Positions 13,721-27,249 of a DNA stretch of 64,000 nt are shown piece after piece. A program made the translations under genes and the position numbers. Position 1 is the first letter of the stretch, and each line of letters begins with the position of its first letter. The DNA is from Auanema rhodensis (taxonomy: Eukaryota; Animalia; Nematoda): the NCBI GenBank assembly GCA_964057225.1, contig OZ059896.1, forward strand, positions 16,616,001 through 16,680,000. The letters run 5' to 3'. The notes beneath the pieces are model-generated. The model did no database searches, had not been told where the DNA came from, and was given only the letters and a program-made list of their open reading frames with translations.

Positions 13721-13999
13721 ATGGGCCACTGTACGAGTAAGGACCAGAAGGAAGGCAAAAAGCTGAACCGACGGATAGAGGAGCAAATTAAGAAAGATCA
13801 ATCAATGTCTTTGCGTATTATAAAACTACTTTTACTCGGTACGTTCATTATATTAACTATTCTATTTGTCTATTTACATTTTTATTTTATTATGTTATTA
13901 TTCTATTCATTATTCTACTGTTATCACTATATTACTATCAAATATGAATTGAGTGAGAGAGATTACTGGATTTAGCTACATCGATTCAGAATAAGTAAG

Positions 14000-14063
<64 letters not shown>

Positions 14064-17000
14064 TGAATACAATATGAATAGTTAGTTTAGTATATGCTAG
14101 TTCTCGAATACAAGAATGTGGGCTAATACATACATGCATAGTTCTATTTTTTCCTTTTCCGTCACGATTTTTTTATAGTTTTATTGTTTTTTTTTCTCTT
14201 TCTCTCTATTTTGCTGTCGTTCTCTTTCTATCGCCTTCAAGCAAGTTAGAGGGGGAAACAGCTTTCTTTCTAATCCGTTTGACGTGTTATTTTTCTTGTC
14301 AATTGCTTCTGGAATTACATATGTATGTCTTGTCGTTCAAGACTTTTCCCAACTTATCTATACCAGGTAATAGAGCGAGTGACCAAAAAAAATTTTTGTC
14401 GAGCTTTTTCCATATCCTTGAAATGAATTTTCTGAAGTGTTCATCGCATTCAGCATTATTGCTACAACGTACAGGCATGAACTAACTGACTGCAACTATA
14501 TTATCATATTCTGCTTGTGGCTTTCAATTTCACATATTGTCTTGTGTATAGCTCGAAGAAAATATCTTTTTTTTTTGCTTTTTTTAAAGATTAAACTAAA
14601 ATGGAGAAATGCAACAAGACGGTATCCTTGTTATCTGTTATTTTAAGAAATTCACATTGAGCATTACACACTTATTCGATGTTATGAACCTTTTTAAAGC
14701 CTAATCTATCATATTCGTTTTGATTTTCACGTGTATTTCACGTGATATGTTTTTCTTTGTTTTGAAAAAACAGAAGCGCATGCGATTGTGTTCACGATGT
14801 TTCTTCTACGAATTGAAATATCTAACATAATTTTAACAAAAGTCACTTTCTATATGAATCTTTTATGATTGTTTTTTTTAGTACAAACTAAGGATAGAGG
14901 GGAACAAGGTTGAAAGATGGAAGGTTGCAAGAGAGAATGAGTGATGCCAATTGTGTGGGTTGCTCCCAAAAATGTTCATTTAGCCGTTTGGGACATGCAT
15001 TCAGAGAAATGAGTTTAATCTACAACTTTTTATTTCAAAGTTCGATTTCGTCATCTTGGAGAACATTTTTCCTCTTCAGCTTCACAAAATTTTGTTCAGA
15101 AAAAAATTAAGGAAAAAACTAGTTAGTTAAGAGAATGATTGAGAAGGGCTGACGGCTTGGGTTGGAGGATAGAAGACAAGAAAAACGACAAAGAGCTTGA
15201 GGGAGAAGAAGAAAGAGAAGAAAAATGAAATTGTAGTAATCATAGATAGAAAGAAAGAAAAAGTTAAATAGAACGATAGTTACGGGAAGAATAAGAAGGC
15301 TTTGATAGGAAGAATCAGTATGAAGTTTTTTGATGCAAGAAGAAGGAGGATATCAGTGGGTAGTTCGGATAATTTTGAACATTTGTTAATACGAATTCGC
15401 ACTTTATCCTATTTGCTTTTAACGTCTCCGTTTAAATATATGAAAAGTTCGGGGGTTCTGCTTTTTTATGTGTGATGAGAAATATATTTGAGAAAAAAAA
15501 GAAAAGATAAAAATGAACGAAAAGCTGAAGGTTCAAAATTACATTTTCTTATCGGTGCATACGATCACATTGAGTCAAATATCGATTCAATCGGATAAGA
15601 TTTTGTCGTTTTTCTTTAGCAATTTCAACAATTTTTTTTTCTGCTGGCAATTAATGAATTGGTTTTGGATCGAAAAAATCGTTTTTTCTTCTCGTCTTTT
15701 CTTCTTTTTTTTGATTCCTTTTAGTTGTGATCTTTTTGTTACGTCGAGGACAAAAATGAGTAGGCGAAAAGACAGAATAGACACTAAATGGTTTAAAAGT
15801 AATAAAGTACACTTGTCAACAGCAAAATTATTTATTTTTTAATTTATTCAATATATATTGACTACATTAAGTTACTTTCACAGTTGTTAAACAATTAAAA
15901 ACGTTGAAAGATCACAACTTCTAATAACTAATACAAGTGCATGTCATGGTGCTGCAACTATTACTGCTACTACTACTATCATTATCTCGATAATTTACTC
16001 TAATTTTATATATAAAATTTGTTAATTTATATGGCAAATGAATCAGACAATTTTCCATTAAAATCGATAGCATTTTATTTAATTTTATACGCATGTTCAT
16101 GCTAATGCTGAGGAGACTACATACGTCAATTGCTTCGATGTCAGTGCTGCCTCCGGAGCAGATAATTGCCTGAGGACACAACCTATCAGTTGTTGTCCAG
16201 AGAGCCTCCCACTTTTTTCTCATTCTCTTGCTCTTTCTCTAATTTTCCATTATTATTCATGATCTGCTTGTTTCTGTCTTGCTTGACCGCCAACTTTCAA
16301 GGAACAAAAAACATTTGACACCTCAACTCGTCACATCTAATCAAGCTTCTAGAAGCTAATACACGAGAGAGTTACCATAGAGAAAGAATGTAGTTTTATT
16401 CACTTGGTATTGATGGTACTCTAGTTAAAGATGACAAAAATTAGTGAAGATATTCATAAGAGAAGTGAGATATTCGTAATTTCTATTCTTGAACTCCTTG
16501 ATCAAGAAAGTCTGAGTGATGCTCTAAGCTAATCCAAGATTTGTCACTAGCACTTTTCACATTAATGCTCAAGTCTTCTCTGATTTTTTTTTGGTTAAAA
16601 CAGAAAAACTATATATAATCATAATTCATCGTGTGATCTAGATTTTCGTCGTTGAGAAAAAAAAACAAATTTATGCTGCAAGTAAACACTTTGAGGAAAA
16701 AATCTAAATTGGTTTTGATAAAGGTTAAGCAATGCAATAAACATGAAATGGAAGAGGGACCTAATGTTCTGACACCTCTTTACTATATATTGATAGTTAG
16801 TTGTATGTGTGTAGGAAATTTAATTTTTATTTCCATTTTTTACACGTTTGCATTTTGTTTAGGAAGTAGCAAAGCATGAAAAAAATGGCATGAGCAACAA
16901 CTTTCCGTCATAACAAATGATCAAATTCGTCTTCTGATATCCCCCGCACTCCCCCTCTTCCTCTCACTCATTTTCTGCTTAGCGCTGTTTTCGTTTTCTA

Positions 17001-20000
17001 TAATTTGATCGAAGTTTATTCAAGACTCATGCCAAAAATCCTATGAATTGTGGTGTTTTTCTGTGTTTTGTGTGTCTATAGCATAGGCATCTCTGGCTGT
17101 AATGGCAAGCATAGCTGTTGTGCCGAAAAAACGTTGTTTCATCCAATTAGGGTACATATGAGGGTGGCAAGTTCGAAATTGTTGATGAAGACTTATATGA
17201 AGAGCAGTCATTAGCTTGCTCGTCTTATTTTCTTCTCTCCCTTTTTCTTCTTTTTCTTAGCATCCTCCTACTTTTTCAGCTTCTTCAAACAGCTTATATT
17301 TCTTTCTTTTCTCTCCCTCCGGCACTGCTTCACACGGAGTGGAAAAAGCGATATTGCTTGTGGGCGAAACTCAAAGATCCAATGTGGGTATATGAGACAT
17401 ACAAGTCAGGAGAATTAAAATAATTCGAAAAAATTTTCCGAAAACTTAAAAAACCTAATTAATAGGCTTGTTCTGCTTCAATCTTTACTCTCTATGTTCT
17501 TATATGCTTGAGACAGCTAGTAATAGATGAAAGCGATGAATGCTAATCCGAAAGGAAGTAGAGAACTGTGAATGTATGTGTATGTTTGAGTAAAGGCTGA
17601 AATCATCAGCTTTGCTCTTTGTATCCGGCTTTCCATTTAAAGAGATGCCCTGAAGGCAACCTGATGTCATTACGAATTTCTATAGTTTCTCTTACGCTTA
17701 CTTTTCATTCGTCTTCTCTCTTTCCCTCGTTTTCCAATGCCATCTCTCATTCTATTCCTCTCTCCCTACCACCCCCTCCACTTCGTTCTCGTGATCTACA
17801 TTCTCCATATTTCACCCACTATTTTTCAATTTTTCTCTAAATGTTCATTTAGTGACGATGCTTTTCTGTCGTCCTCAATCATCAACTTTTTAGAACAACG
17901 AATTTGTGTCTACCTATCCTTATTGGTGGAACATTTCCTGATATAGAATATGTTCTTCAATTAGCATCAAAAATTGTGAAGAGAGATATAGAGACGAGAA
18001 GATATTAGAGGAAGTGATGCTTGATCTACTAGTCTATGCTGGAACTCAATCGAATGAAAGTTCATGATGCATAGCAGAGGCTGTATTGCGAAAACTGAAG
18101 AAGATAACACCGAAATGAAGAGATGTGTGTACTTCAAAAACTTAATAGTTTGCTCTTTTACACGTTCCCTACTCCCCCATCGCTCACTCCCTGTCTCTTT
18201 TTGCATTGTATTCCCCGTCTCTTCCTTTATCTTGTTCCTTTCAATCCTCTTGTTCAAGTTACAACCAAAAAAGACAATGAGCAAGTTTATAAAAAGTACA
18301 AGTTTTTACTTTTTCATAAATATAACAAGTAATTTGCTCTTTTTTTGGTTTATTATCTGTTTTATACATATAAGAGTTAACGAAATTTCAAATAATTATA
18401 TGATGGATGAATGAAATAAAATAGTATTTCGGTTTGAAAATGGTGAAAAAAACAAAAAATCTAAAATAGAGAAGAAATAGAGAAATTATATTTTCAAATC
18501 GGATTGATGACGATTTCTCATTTTCTTATAAATTCACTTTGGCTTTAAAGACCTCTTTGTTATTAATTTAACTTATAATTTTCTACGCAATCATATCAGC
18601 AGTAAACAGAAAAACTATTTAAAAATCAGAGAACATGATATTCCTCCAAGAGCTGCCGTGCGACTGTTGCTCTCCTTAAATTTTCTGCTCTATTCCCAGC
18701 AAGCCGGAGCAACTTAATTGATTTTTTAAAATTTCACAGCAACGTCATAATCTGATATATGTAGGAAGCCAATTATTTTCTTATTTCCATGATTTAAAAA
18801 GATCTGATCGTTCAGATAGGAAACTATGCGGGTATATAGGTTTAACTATGAAAAGGTTGGGAAATCTCATTGAATCAGTCGCAAAGAAACAACTGACCAG
18901 TACCATAAGAATAAACCGAATTCCTCGTATTTTTCAGCTGCATGAGCATTAACAGCTGGAAAAATCTTGTAGCACCAGATGTTCTTTCACTTAATCGGAA
19001 TTAGTAGTTGGCCGACGTATACTTCTCAAGCTGTACGATTAGAGTCAGCCAAAAAAATGAAGGATTGTGAAGAAAGAGGGGAAGAAGTCAAAGAAACCGA
19101 AGAGGAAGAACACAAAATTGGAGCTAAGCAGCTACGGAAGGAAGCAAAGAGATAAAGCTTCATTTAGAGTGAGAAAATTTCTTCTAATAAAGTTCTATTC
19201 TTTGTGCCTTGTTCGTCTTCTGCCATTGTTCCTTGTGCAATTCTTTCATCTAATTTGTTTATTTGAACTCTTAAATCACTCAAAACAATAATAACATATA
19301 ATATTGGATATTTCTAAATATTATTCTATTATTTAACTACTTGATCGTCTTCATTTGGATGCAAATCCTCTGCTATTTTGGTAACATTTTGAGTATGATG
19401 TGAAAACTCTTTCAAAGGAATGCAGTGCTTTGTGCACTTTTCAATATGCTTTATTACGTTAAACCCACCAAAAGCATGTTTTGAAAAACTTTCAACTCGA
19501 AAACGTGCAAAAATCAGCGGAAGTTCCGACAAATTTCCGAATTCCACTTCAACAGGATTTTGTTTGCATTTTTATGGAACAATCAGACGGCTAGCACATG
19601 TGCGGTAATCAACTGATTGTTCGGCTTCATCTTCCGCTTTTGCAGAATTTTGGACCTAACATCCGGTCTTAACATCCGGGTTAGAACCTTTAATTTCATC
19701 CGGATACGAACCAGGCTCTCATGTTAAGCTCTCAGTTACACGACAGCTTCGGTTTGTGTATGTGTATGATGGTGTATGTACTTTATATTTGGAAAGGCTA
19801 CATGAACATGGGAAATTGAACATCGAGCTGAATGAAAGAAAAAAAATAAAAGGGAAAAGGGTTGCTAACATATATATAGGTATATAAGATAGCTTGATGA
19901 CTGCAGTAAAGATTAAGGGAGTTAGATCACCAAAAGATATGAGTTTAGAGTAAAGAAAGGTCTACCAAAAGTGATTGAATTTTGAATCGAGGACGTGATA

Positions 20001-23000
20001 GGAATAAGTTTTTTAGAAGAGAAAAAAAAGATTTTGAAATGTATACTATTAAATGCTTCTAATAGGAAAAAGCTACAAGCCGATAGCAGCCTGGTTTCTG
20101 GCAAGTCATATACATTGGATTTCCATTTATGGAAATTCGAAGCCGAAACAACTGAATGTAAGCGACTAAATGAGGAGAGAGTTGGGGGGGGGGTTGAACA
20201 TGATGAAGCAGTTGCAATGGCGTTTGTAAGAAAGAAATGAGAAAAGTTTTATAGTTCTCTCAATTGACATAAAGAAGATTATGAAGACTGCCGCAAAACA
20301 TTGGAAGATGATTCATTTCAATGTCAACGTGCAGCTGGAAGCATATGATGAAGGATTAGATCATTAGATGATTGAAATAAGGTTTCGTCATATGCAATTA
20401 TGTGTTGTTCATAGCTCATGATTAACCTATTGATTTACTATTTCTTTCTTCTCCATAATACGGAATTGAAAGATGGCATTGCAAACGGATTGCTGACTTT
20501 CACGATCATTTAGTAAATAGTTTTATGAGCTCATCGACTGGCTTATTATTCATTTGTCTTCTATTTCGTTTTCATTTCGTAGTTGGCCAGTTCTATCTCA
20601 GTTGTATATGGAAACAAATGCACATAAATGAGTAGAAAAGAAGAATAAGAGTGGATCAAGAAAACTAATGACAAAGAAAGAGAAAAGCAGGTAGAGAAAT
20701 AGATAAATATAGAAGGAATAACGAATGGATAACGAACGAAAAATGAATAAGAAAAAGAGAAAAAGATAGAGAGATTAGATATTGCTAGAGATCTTTCAAC
20801 ACACAAAAACGCAGCTATTTCTTCTCTGCAACAAAAACAAAGAGAAGGTTACTCCGTACATCATGAATGCTTTTCAACCCTATGTGAAGTTAACTGACAT
20901 ATAGAAAGTACAGATAGATATTATGTTGATATAACATATAAGTCTATACTAACTATGATTAAATAATAAGTCAGTAAAGAATAATTCCCCAACACTTTAG
21001 AGAAGCACTGTAACCATATGTCATATATGACTTTAATCTTTAGATATATGTATGTACATACATATGTATATGTATAATATATTATATATGATAAACATTA
21101 ATATATACTATATGCTATATAACATATATCTCTATTGATGTGATTACACATGTATATTATTAAATTATTTTGATATTTAATATAAATCTCGTTAACTTAA
21201 TTATATGATAAAGTATCTGTAATTTTATTAAATTTAACTGATATATCGTATAATATTTACAATATCATTATAATATTATTAAATCAGTTAATTGTTGAAC
21301 AGCTTTTCCAATTAAATTTTAATGTGTTATATTGACAAACACATTAAAACGTCTGCTTTTCAATGAAGCTTGTATCAAATTAGTATCACCCTGGCATTTT
21401 GATGCATGAGCATTACTTTCTTTGATCTTTTGGAATTGAGTAAGATTCAGAAGATTAATTAGATGTGTGCTTTGATTGAAACCTGAGATCAAGCTGGAAA
21501 ACCAAGAAGTTTCATTTCATTGGAAACCTTCACTCTCACATAGAATCTCAAATGAAAAATCTTAATTTATAGTTAACATCTTTTTCATGTGAGGATAAAG
21601 TATAATTATAAGATATATGGTCATTTTTTAAATTTCTAATTGTAATATGGTTTATAAGTTTAGAAATCAAATATGTAACAGCTACATACATAGAACAATA
21701 TGTATTTATTATAACATATTAATTAAAATATACAAGTAATATCTTAAATATAAACTATATATTTTAATATTTTAATTATATTCGTATAAAATTTAATATT
21801 TTTTCTAATTTTTATTCATTTTCTTGTCATCAATATGAGAGCTAAGCAATGAACGCAGTGCTTGTGTATCATTTTCAGCAGCAACAACATATTTAATTTG
21901 GAGTTGAATGGTACTCATTCGGTCATTGCTCTTTCTGAAAAAAAAAAAGATTTTCTGGCCAACGATGCAACAATCATCGGTTGTTGTGAAAATATAGAAA
22001 TGAAATTGGGAACAAGGCGAGACCAGAAAAGAGGAAAAGAATCGAAACATAGAGAGAGATAGAATGGTGTAGAGATGAAAAGAAAAATAAGAGGATACAA
22101 AGAGAAAGGAATGGATAGCTGGTTTGAAGGGAGAGAAAAAAAGCTTGAGACAACTGTCCTCCGCATTTGCCTTTTTTGGCCTTTTCTCTATCTTTCGATA
22201 TTTCTTTCATCCACTCTCTCTTTCTTCCTATTTGTTGATGTGCCGCTTTCTCTATGCTTCCTGCGGTCTGTCTTTCCTCTCTTCCGCGTAGGCTCATCAA
22301 GTACTGCTTTCTTCCAGAACAGTAGACTGACATCTCTCATTGTTCCTAGCATCTTCTTCGCCGTCCTTTTCTTTTTCTTTTCCCACTCCAACAAATCAAC
22401 ATCATGAAAAGCCGATAAAGGCTGGTGAAGAGAAGAGGGTGGGAGAGAGTAAGGAAATGAATGATGAGCACAGAGAGAAGGAGCAATGAGAGGGAGGGTG
22501 GATGTAGATCTAGAGCGCTATCCAACTCTGTGAAGGGACTAGTGCTCAACTTAAGTTGAGCAACTGCTAAAAAGTTCAAAACAGTAACTCTTTATGAAAA
22601 TAACGATGTCACAAAGTGAACATGACTCAATTTTCAATGCTAGTAAAAGGCTATTCCTCCTACTCCTCCTCCACATCTTCCTCCGATAGCCTGTCCGTTC
22701 ATTCGTCGGCAAGTTTAGTTCAATCATTTGCTCAGTCACTCTCATTTACTTGTTGTTTCCCATCCACACTAAGTTTATTGAATTACACTAATGGAATATC
22801 AGGGTTCAAGAGGAAAGCGAAGATATTGAGACTGAAATATGTAGCTTTCCACAGCAAACTATACAACTAAACATAGTTAATCATCAGTTCATACATTGAA
22901 AAAGAAAATGTTTATAGAGTCGTATTAGCTATTTTGGTTTGTGAAAGAAAAATAACTGACGATTAGTGGATTTCGCGTCCGTCATTATCAGTCTTAGATG

Positions 23001-26000
23001 TTGTTTCACTTGTCTAGGGCATATTCGGATACTGTTCCATTTCAATAGAAAAGGAAGAGAAAGAAAGAGAAAGATATATGCATACATGTATAGATAGAAA
23101 GGAAAACTGCTTGTGTATGTTATGTTTTTGAGTCTTTTGGATGAGATATATATATATATATATTGGAAGCTAACTCTTTCTTTCTCTTTTAAATGACTAT
23201 AAACTGTGAAAAATAAAGAAAAACAACATGCCAACTTGTTTCTAGAGCATTTCTATCTCTGTCTCGACAGGGACCTATTAGAATAGCTAGAAGGCCTTAT
23301 AATTTCTCCCCTGAGATTTCAATTTGTTTCAATGCCTTGATCGCCGTGCATCTTCTCTCATACTGCTGCTGAGAATGTCTGAGGCCGTGGCAAGCGCAAA
23401 TCGTAAGACTCTGCTCTCATATAATGATTCTTTGAAGCTAGGGAGCCGGCAGCTTGATTAGAAGCAAATTATTAGCTCTTCTTCGTCTTCGTTTTCTTCT
23501 TCTTCTCCTTCTACTCAATCTTCATCCCGCCACCTACTTGTCAAGCTTTCATTCGTTTTCATCTACTCTCTTCTACCTTATGTTGAAGTTCAGCTACTGT
23601 GGGATGAAACAGATTTAAGCGTGCTGTTTTCACCTCATTTCATAGTTCTCTTCAATTTACTATTTTTTTAAATTCTGTTTCGAAAACATAAGAATATTCG
23701 AGGAACAAGAAAACATACTCAAACCAGCCTCATTACCATTCAATGCCACCGACAATAACTATCTAAACATTGGAATATATGCTTTAAGCACGTCTGTCTC
23801 AACAATAAAGCCGAATATCACAGAAATTAATCTAAAATCGAAATCGAAAATTACATGATTTGATGCAATAAGGCGACTGAGAGCTTGAGCTAAAGCACAA
23901 AAAAACTGCCCGTTATAGTTTGCTATTCATTTAAGGCACAACGTCCAAAACATAACGAAAATCTAACAAAAGCTCCATCTTCAATAATGTTTATTCCAAC
24001 AAAAAAATTAAAAAGCCGATATAAGCCCAAATATCATGACTTGGATATACAATAAACGTTCCGGGTTTTTTACGGATGTTAAAGTCGAGTTTGCGTTATG
24101 AAATCTAGCTGAATAGAACACTTAATCTAATATATAGTTCTGAACGTGAAGGTCAAATTCTAGACTCTTTGAGGTCTTATCTTGTGGTTTATCACATAAA
24201 AAGAAAAATCTTTATACTTAACTTGAAAAAGAAAATATCTTGAATTGAAAAATAGTAGATGGATTATCTTGGTGGTGAGTATGATAGGGAACAAGAGAGA
24301 GAAAAAAAAAGATTCAAAGCGAGAGCATGATGCATCAACTTGAGTTTGTCTCTCTTCATCTCGTCCTCATCTATCATCCTTCTCTTTTTTCTGCTTTTTA
24401 TCATGGAAATGGGATGTCAGGTTAGTAAGTTTTCAAAAAAAGCTCATGAAAACTAACCGGAAAACAAATAAAGCTAATGATACAAATTGGACTTCTTAAT
24501 TATTGGTTTCATTTATTAATTCTCCATGGACTTCTCAAAATTCTCATGATCTTTTAGCTTTATTTCAATTTTAATTAGTTATTTCTTTAAATCAATCACA
24601 GTTCTGATTGACCATTTGTGATAATATTGAATATTGAAGAGAAAATAATATGTAAAATTAAATTATTTACTTATATGAAAATAGAATTGATAAAATTATT
24701 CTCATTTTAGGAGCTGGAGAAAGTGGGAAAAGTACAATATTAAAACAAATGAGAATTTTGCATAAGGTACGTTCAATAATATAAATTTCTTTTGCTTGTC
24801 AACATGCTTTGGAACTTGAAAAAACTGATTAAATCTCTAACTAATATGGATTAAGGAAAAATATTTTCAGGATGGATTCTCACAAGAAGATTTGGAAATG
24901 ATACGACCTGTTGTATATTCTAATTGTATTCATTCAATGATTTCTATCCTTCGTGCCATGTTTCATCTTCAAATTGAATATGCCAATACTGATCGAGTGG
25001 TTAGTTGCCGAATGAAAAAGAAAAATTATTTTCGCTTTAAGACTTTTATATCTAAAACGAATAATATTTCTAGAAAGATAGTCAACTTGTTTTTGCTACC
25101 GTTCATGCGAATAAAGAGGAACTAACTGAAGAATTAGCAGCAGCGATGCAACGTTTATGGGCTGATGACGGAGTTCGGGAATGCTATCGCCGGTCCAATG
25201 AATACCAAATAGATGATTCAGCCAAATAGTACGTTAATATAACTTTACATAAATATTATAGCTTTATATATGTATGTATAGTTGTGTTTAATATACTAAC
25301 TATTAACCTAATCAAATATATTTTGTTCAACAAATATTGATTAAAAACATAACAGATATATGTTTTTTTATAAATTCTATTTTAGTTTTCTTGACAATCT
25401 ACAACGCCTGGCGTCCGAAAAATACGTACCCACAGAGCAGGATTTGCTCCGAACTCGTATCAAGACAACAGGAATCACTGAAGTATTATTTGAGCTCAAA
25501 GGGCTTACGTTTAGGTATTTTACACTCATGGGTTTCTATTCTAACATAATGATTTCAGAGTAATTGATGTCGGAGGTCAGAGATCTGAACGAAAGAAGTG
25601 GATTCACTGTTTTGATAATGTGAATGCTATTATATTCATTAGTTCGCTGTCGGAATATGATCAAACACTTCGTGAAGATAACTGCACGGTAAGCAGCTCA
25701 AAAATCAGAAGCATTGCAACTGTGAACTAATTATTTCAGAATCGAATGCAAGAAAGTTTGAAATTATTTGATTCAATATGTAATAGTCCATGGTTTGCCG
25801 ATATTCATTTCATTCTATTCTTGAATAAGAAAGATCTGTTTGCGGAAAAAATCACCAGAAGTCCCTTAACTATTTGTTTCCCTGAGTATAAAGGACAGCA
25901 AAATCAGTCAGAGTGCATTAATTATATTCAATGGAAATTTGAACAACTTAATCGGTTAGTTTCAACTTATTATTATATAAAATCTATCATATAATTCTCA

Positions 26001-27249
26001 CTTTCTTGTCAATTTCTTCTCTAAGTATATTTAATAATTTATTTCTTGTAATTTATCACATATACTATTTTGAGAGAACGTCAAATATATTCTCACTAAA
26101 TTGCGGAAAAAGTAAAATATGTGCGTGGTTCATATACTCAATATATTGAGAATTAGTTGTTTTTTTTTATCCAAAATTGAAATAAGAGATAAAATCTCAA
26201 TGGGATTCTGGCTTTTCTTAAAACAGGAAGACGGGATGTAACAAAATACAATATAAAATATAATGAGATATATTTTATGAACAAAAAATATATATTATTT
26301 AGATCTTATATAGTCTATAAATATGTATATTTATCTATTTTGTCAGCTGATTTTATGAGCAATTTCTTAGAATCTCTGATTATAGAAGCTACTTCAAGTT
26401 TCGGACAACAATAGACTTTTTTTTAGATATAACACTTATTTTTGAATAATATATATATATATATATATATATAGAAAATAATAGTAGGCCATGCCTATTT
26501 TGCGGATAAGACCTCCTCCAATAGCCTTTGCTCATCTGTACTCAATCTATTACGTATAGGCTTAAGATCCAGTCTTAGTTAGTAATGCCATCGTCTTAAA
26601 TCTTATTTTAGAACTTTAAGTTTTGAAGAAAACAAAAATCTGAAATGGCTATTATCCTTAAGAATATTTTGATAATTTCTTATGATCATCTATGAGGGCA
26701 AGAGAATGAATCATTTAATGCTCAAAGCTTAAACTTTTAGCAAACTTTTCTATAATTTGTCCTAATTGATGTCATAAAAATTAGAAATGCTGACAATTAA
26801 ATGAATGCAACCGCTATTGATCAAAGTTCTATTTGAAAATAAAAAAAACTATATATCACGATCACACTCATCATCATTGAAAAGGCTTCTTTTGAACATG
26901 ACGTCAACATCTTCATGTGTCATATTCTAATTCGGTTTTTGGTAGCTATATACATACATATCTCTTCCATCATGATCAAACTCTATTATTATTTTCATAT
27001 TAATCTATGTATGTATAATAAGTCAAACTATACTATTTATTCTAAAACTTTTTTTTTGTTTTTATTTAAAAATTATATTAATATTTTTACTTTTTTTTTA
27101 TTTAAGGGTATTTTTTTTTCAGATCCACGCAACGTGAAATATACTGTCATCATACCTGTGCCACTGATACGAATAACGTTCAGTTTGTTCTGGATGCCTG
27201 CTTAGATATGATCATAGCCAAGAATCTCAAGAGCATGGGACTTTGCTAG
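13721..27249 (+). CDS. gpa-7: Heterotrimeric G-protein alpha subunit GPA-7; exon 1 13721-13838, intron 1 13839-24710, remaining exons 24711-27249
   Basis: [40 protein letters not shown]|[17 protein letters not shown]; G-boxes [26 protein letters not shown] and HTCATDT; C-terminus [12 protein letters not shown]. Nearly identical to C. elegans GPA-7 as recalled. Has N-myristoylation Gly2 and a nearby Cys. Confidence 0.95.
14002..14062. repeat. (TA)n microsatellite in gpa-7 intron 1
   Basis: About 30 perfect TA units. Confidence 0.97.

Noticed and set aside
21484-21506. TGAGATCA (bantam/miR-80 family seed)
   Set aside because: No complementary arm to form a pre-miRNA hairpin.
21805-22870. Overlapping ORFs on both strands in gpa-7 intron 1 as a nested gene
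   Set aside because: Purine/pyrimidine-biased low-complexity DNA lacking stops by composition; no consistent exon chain.
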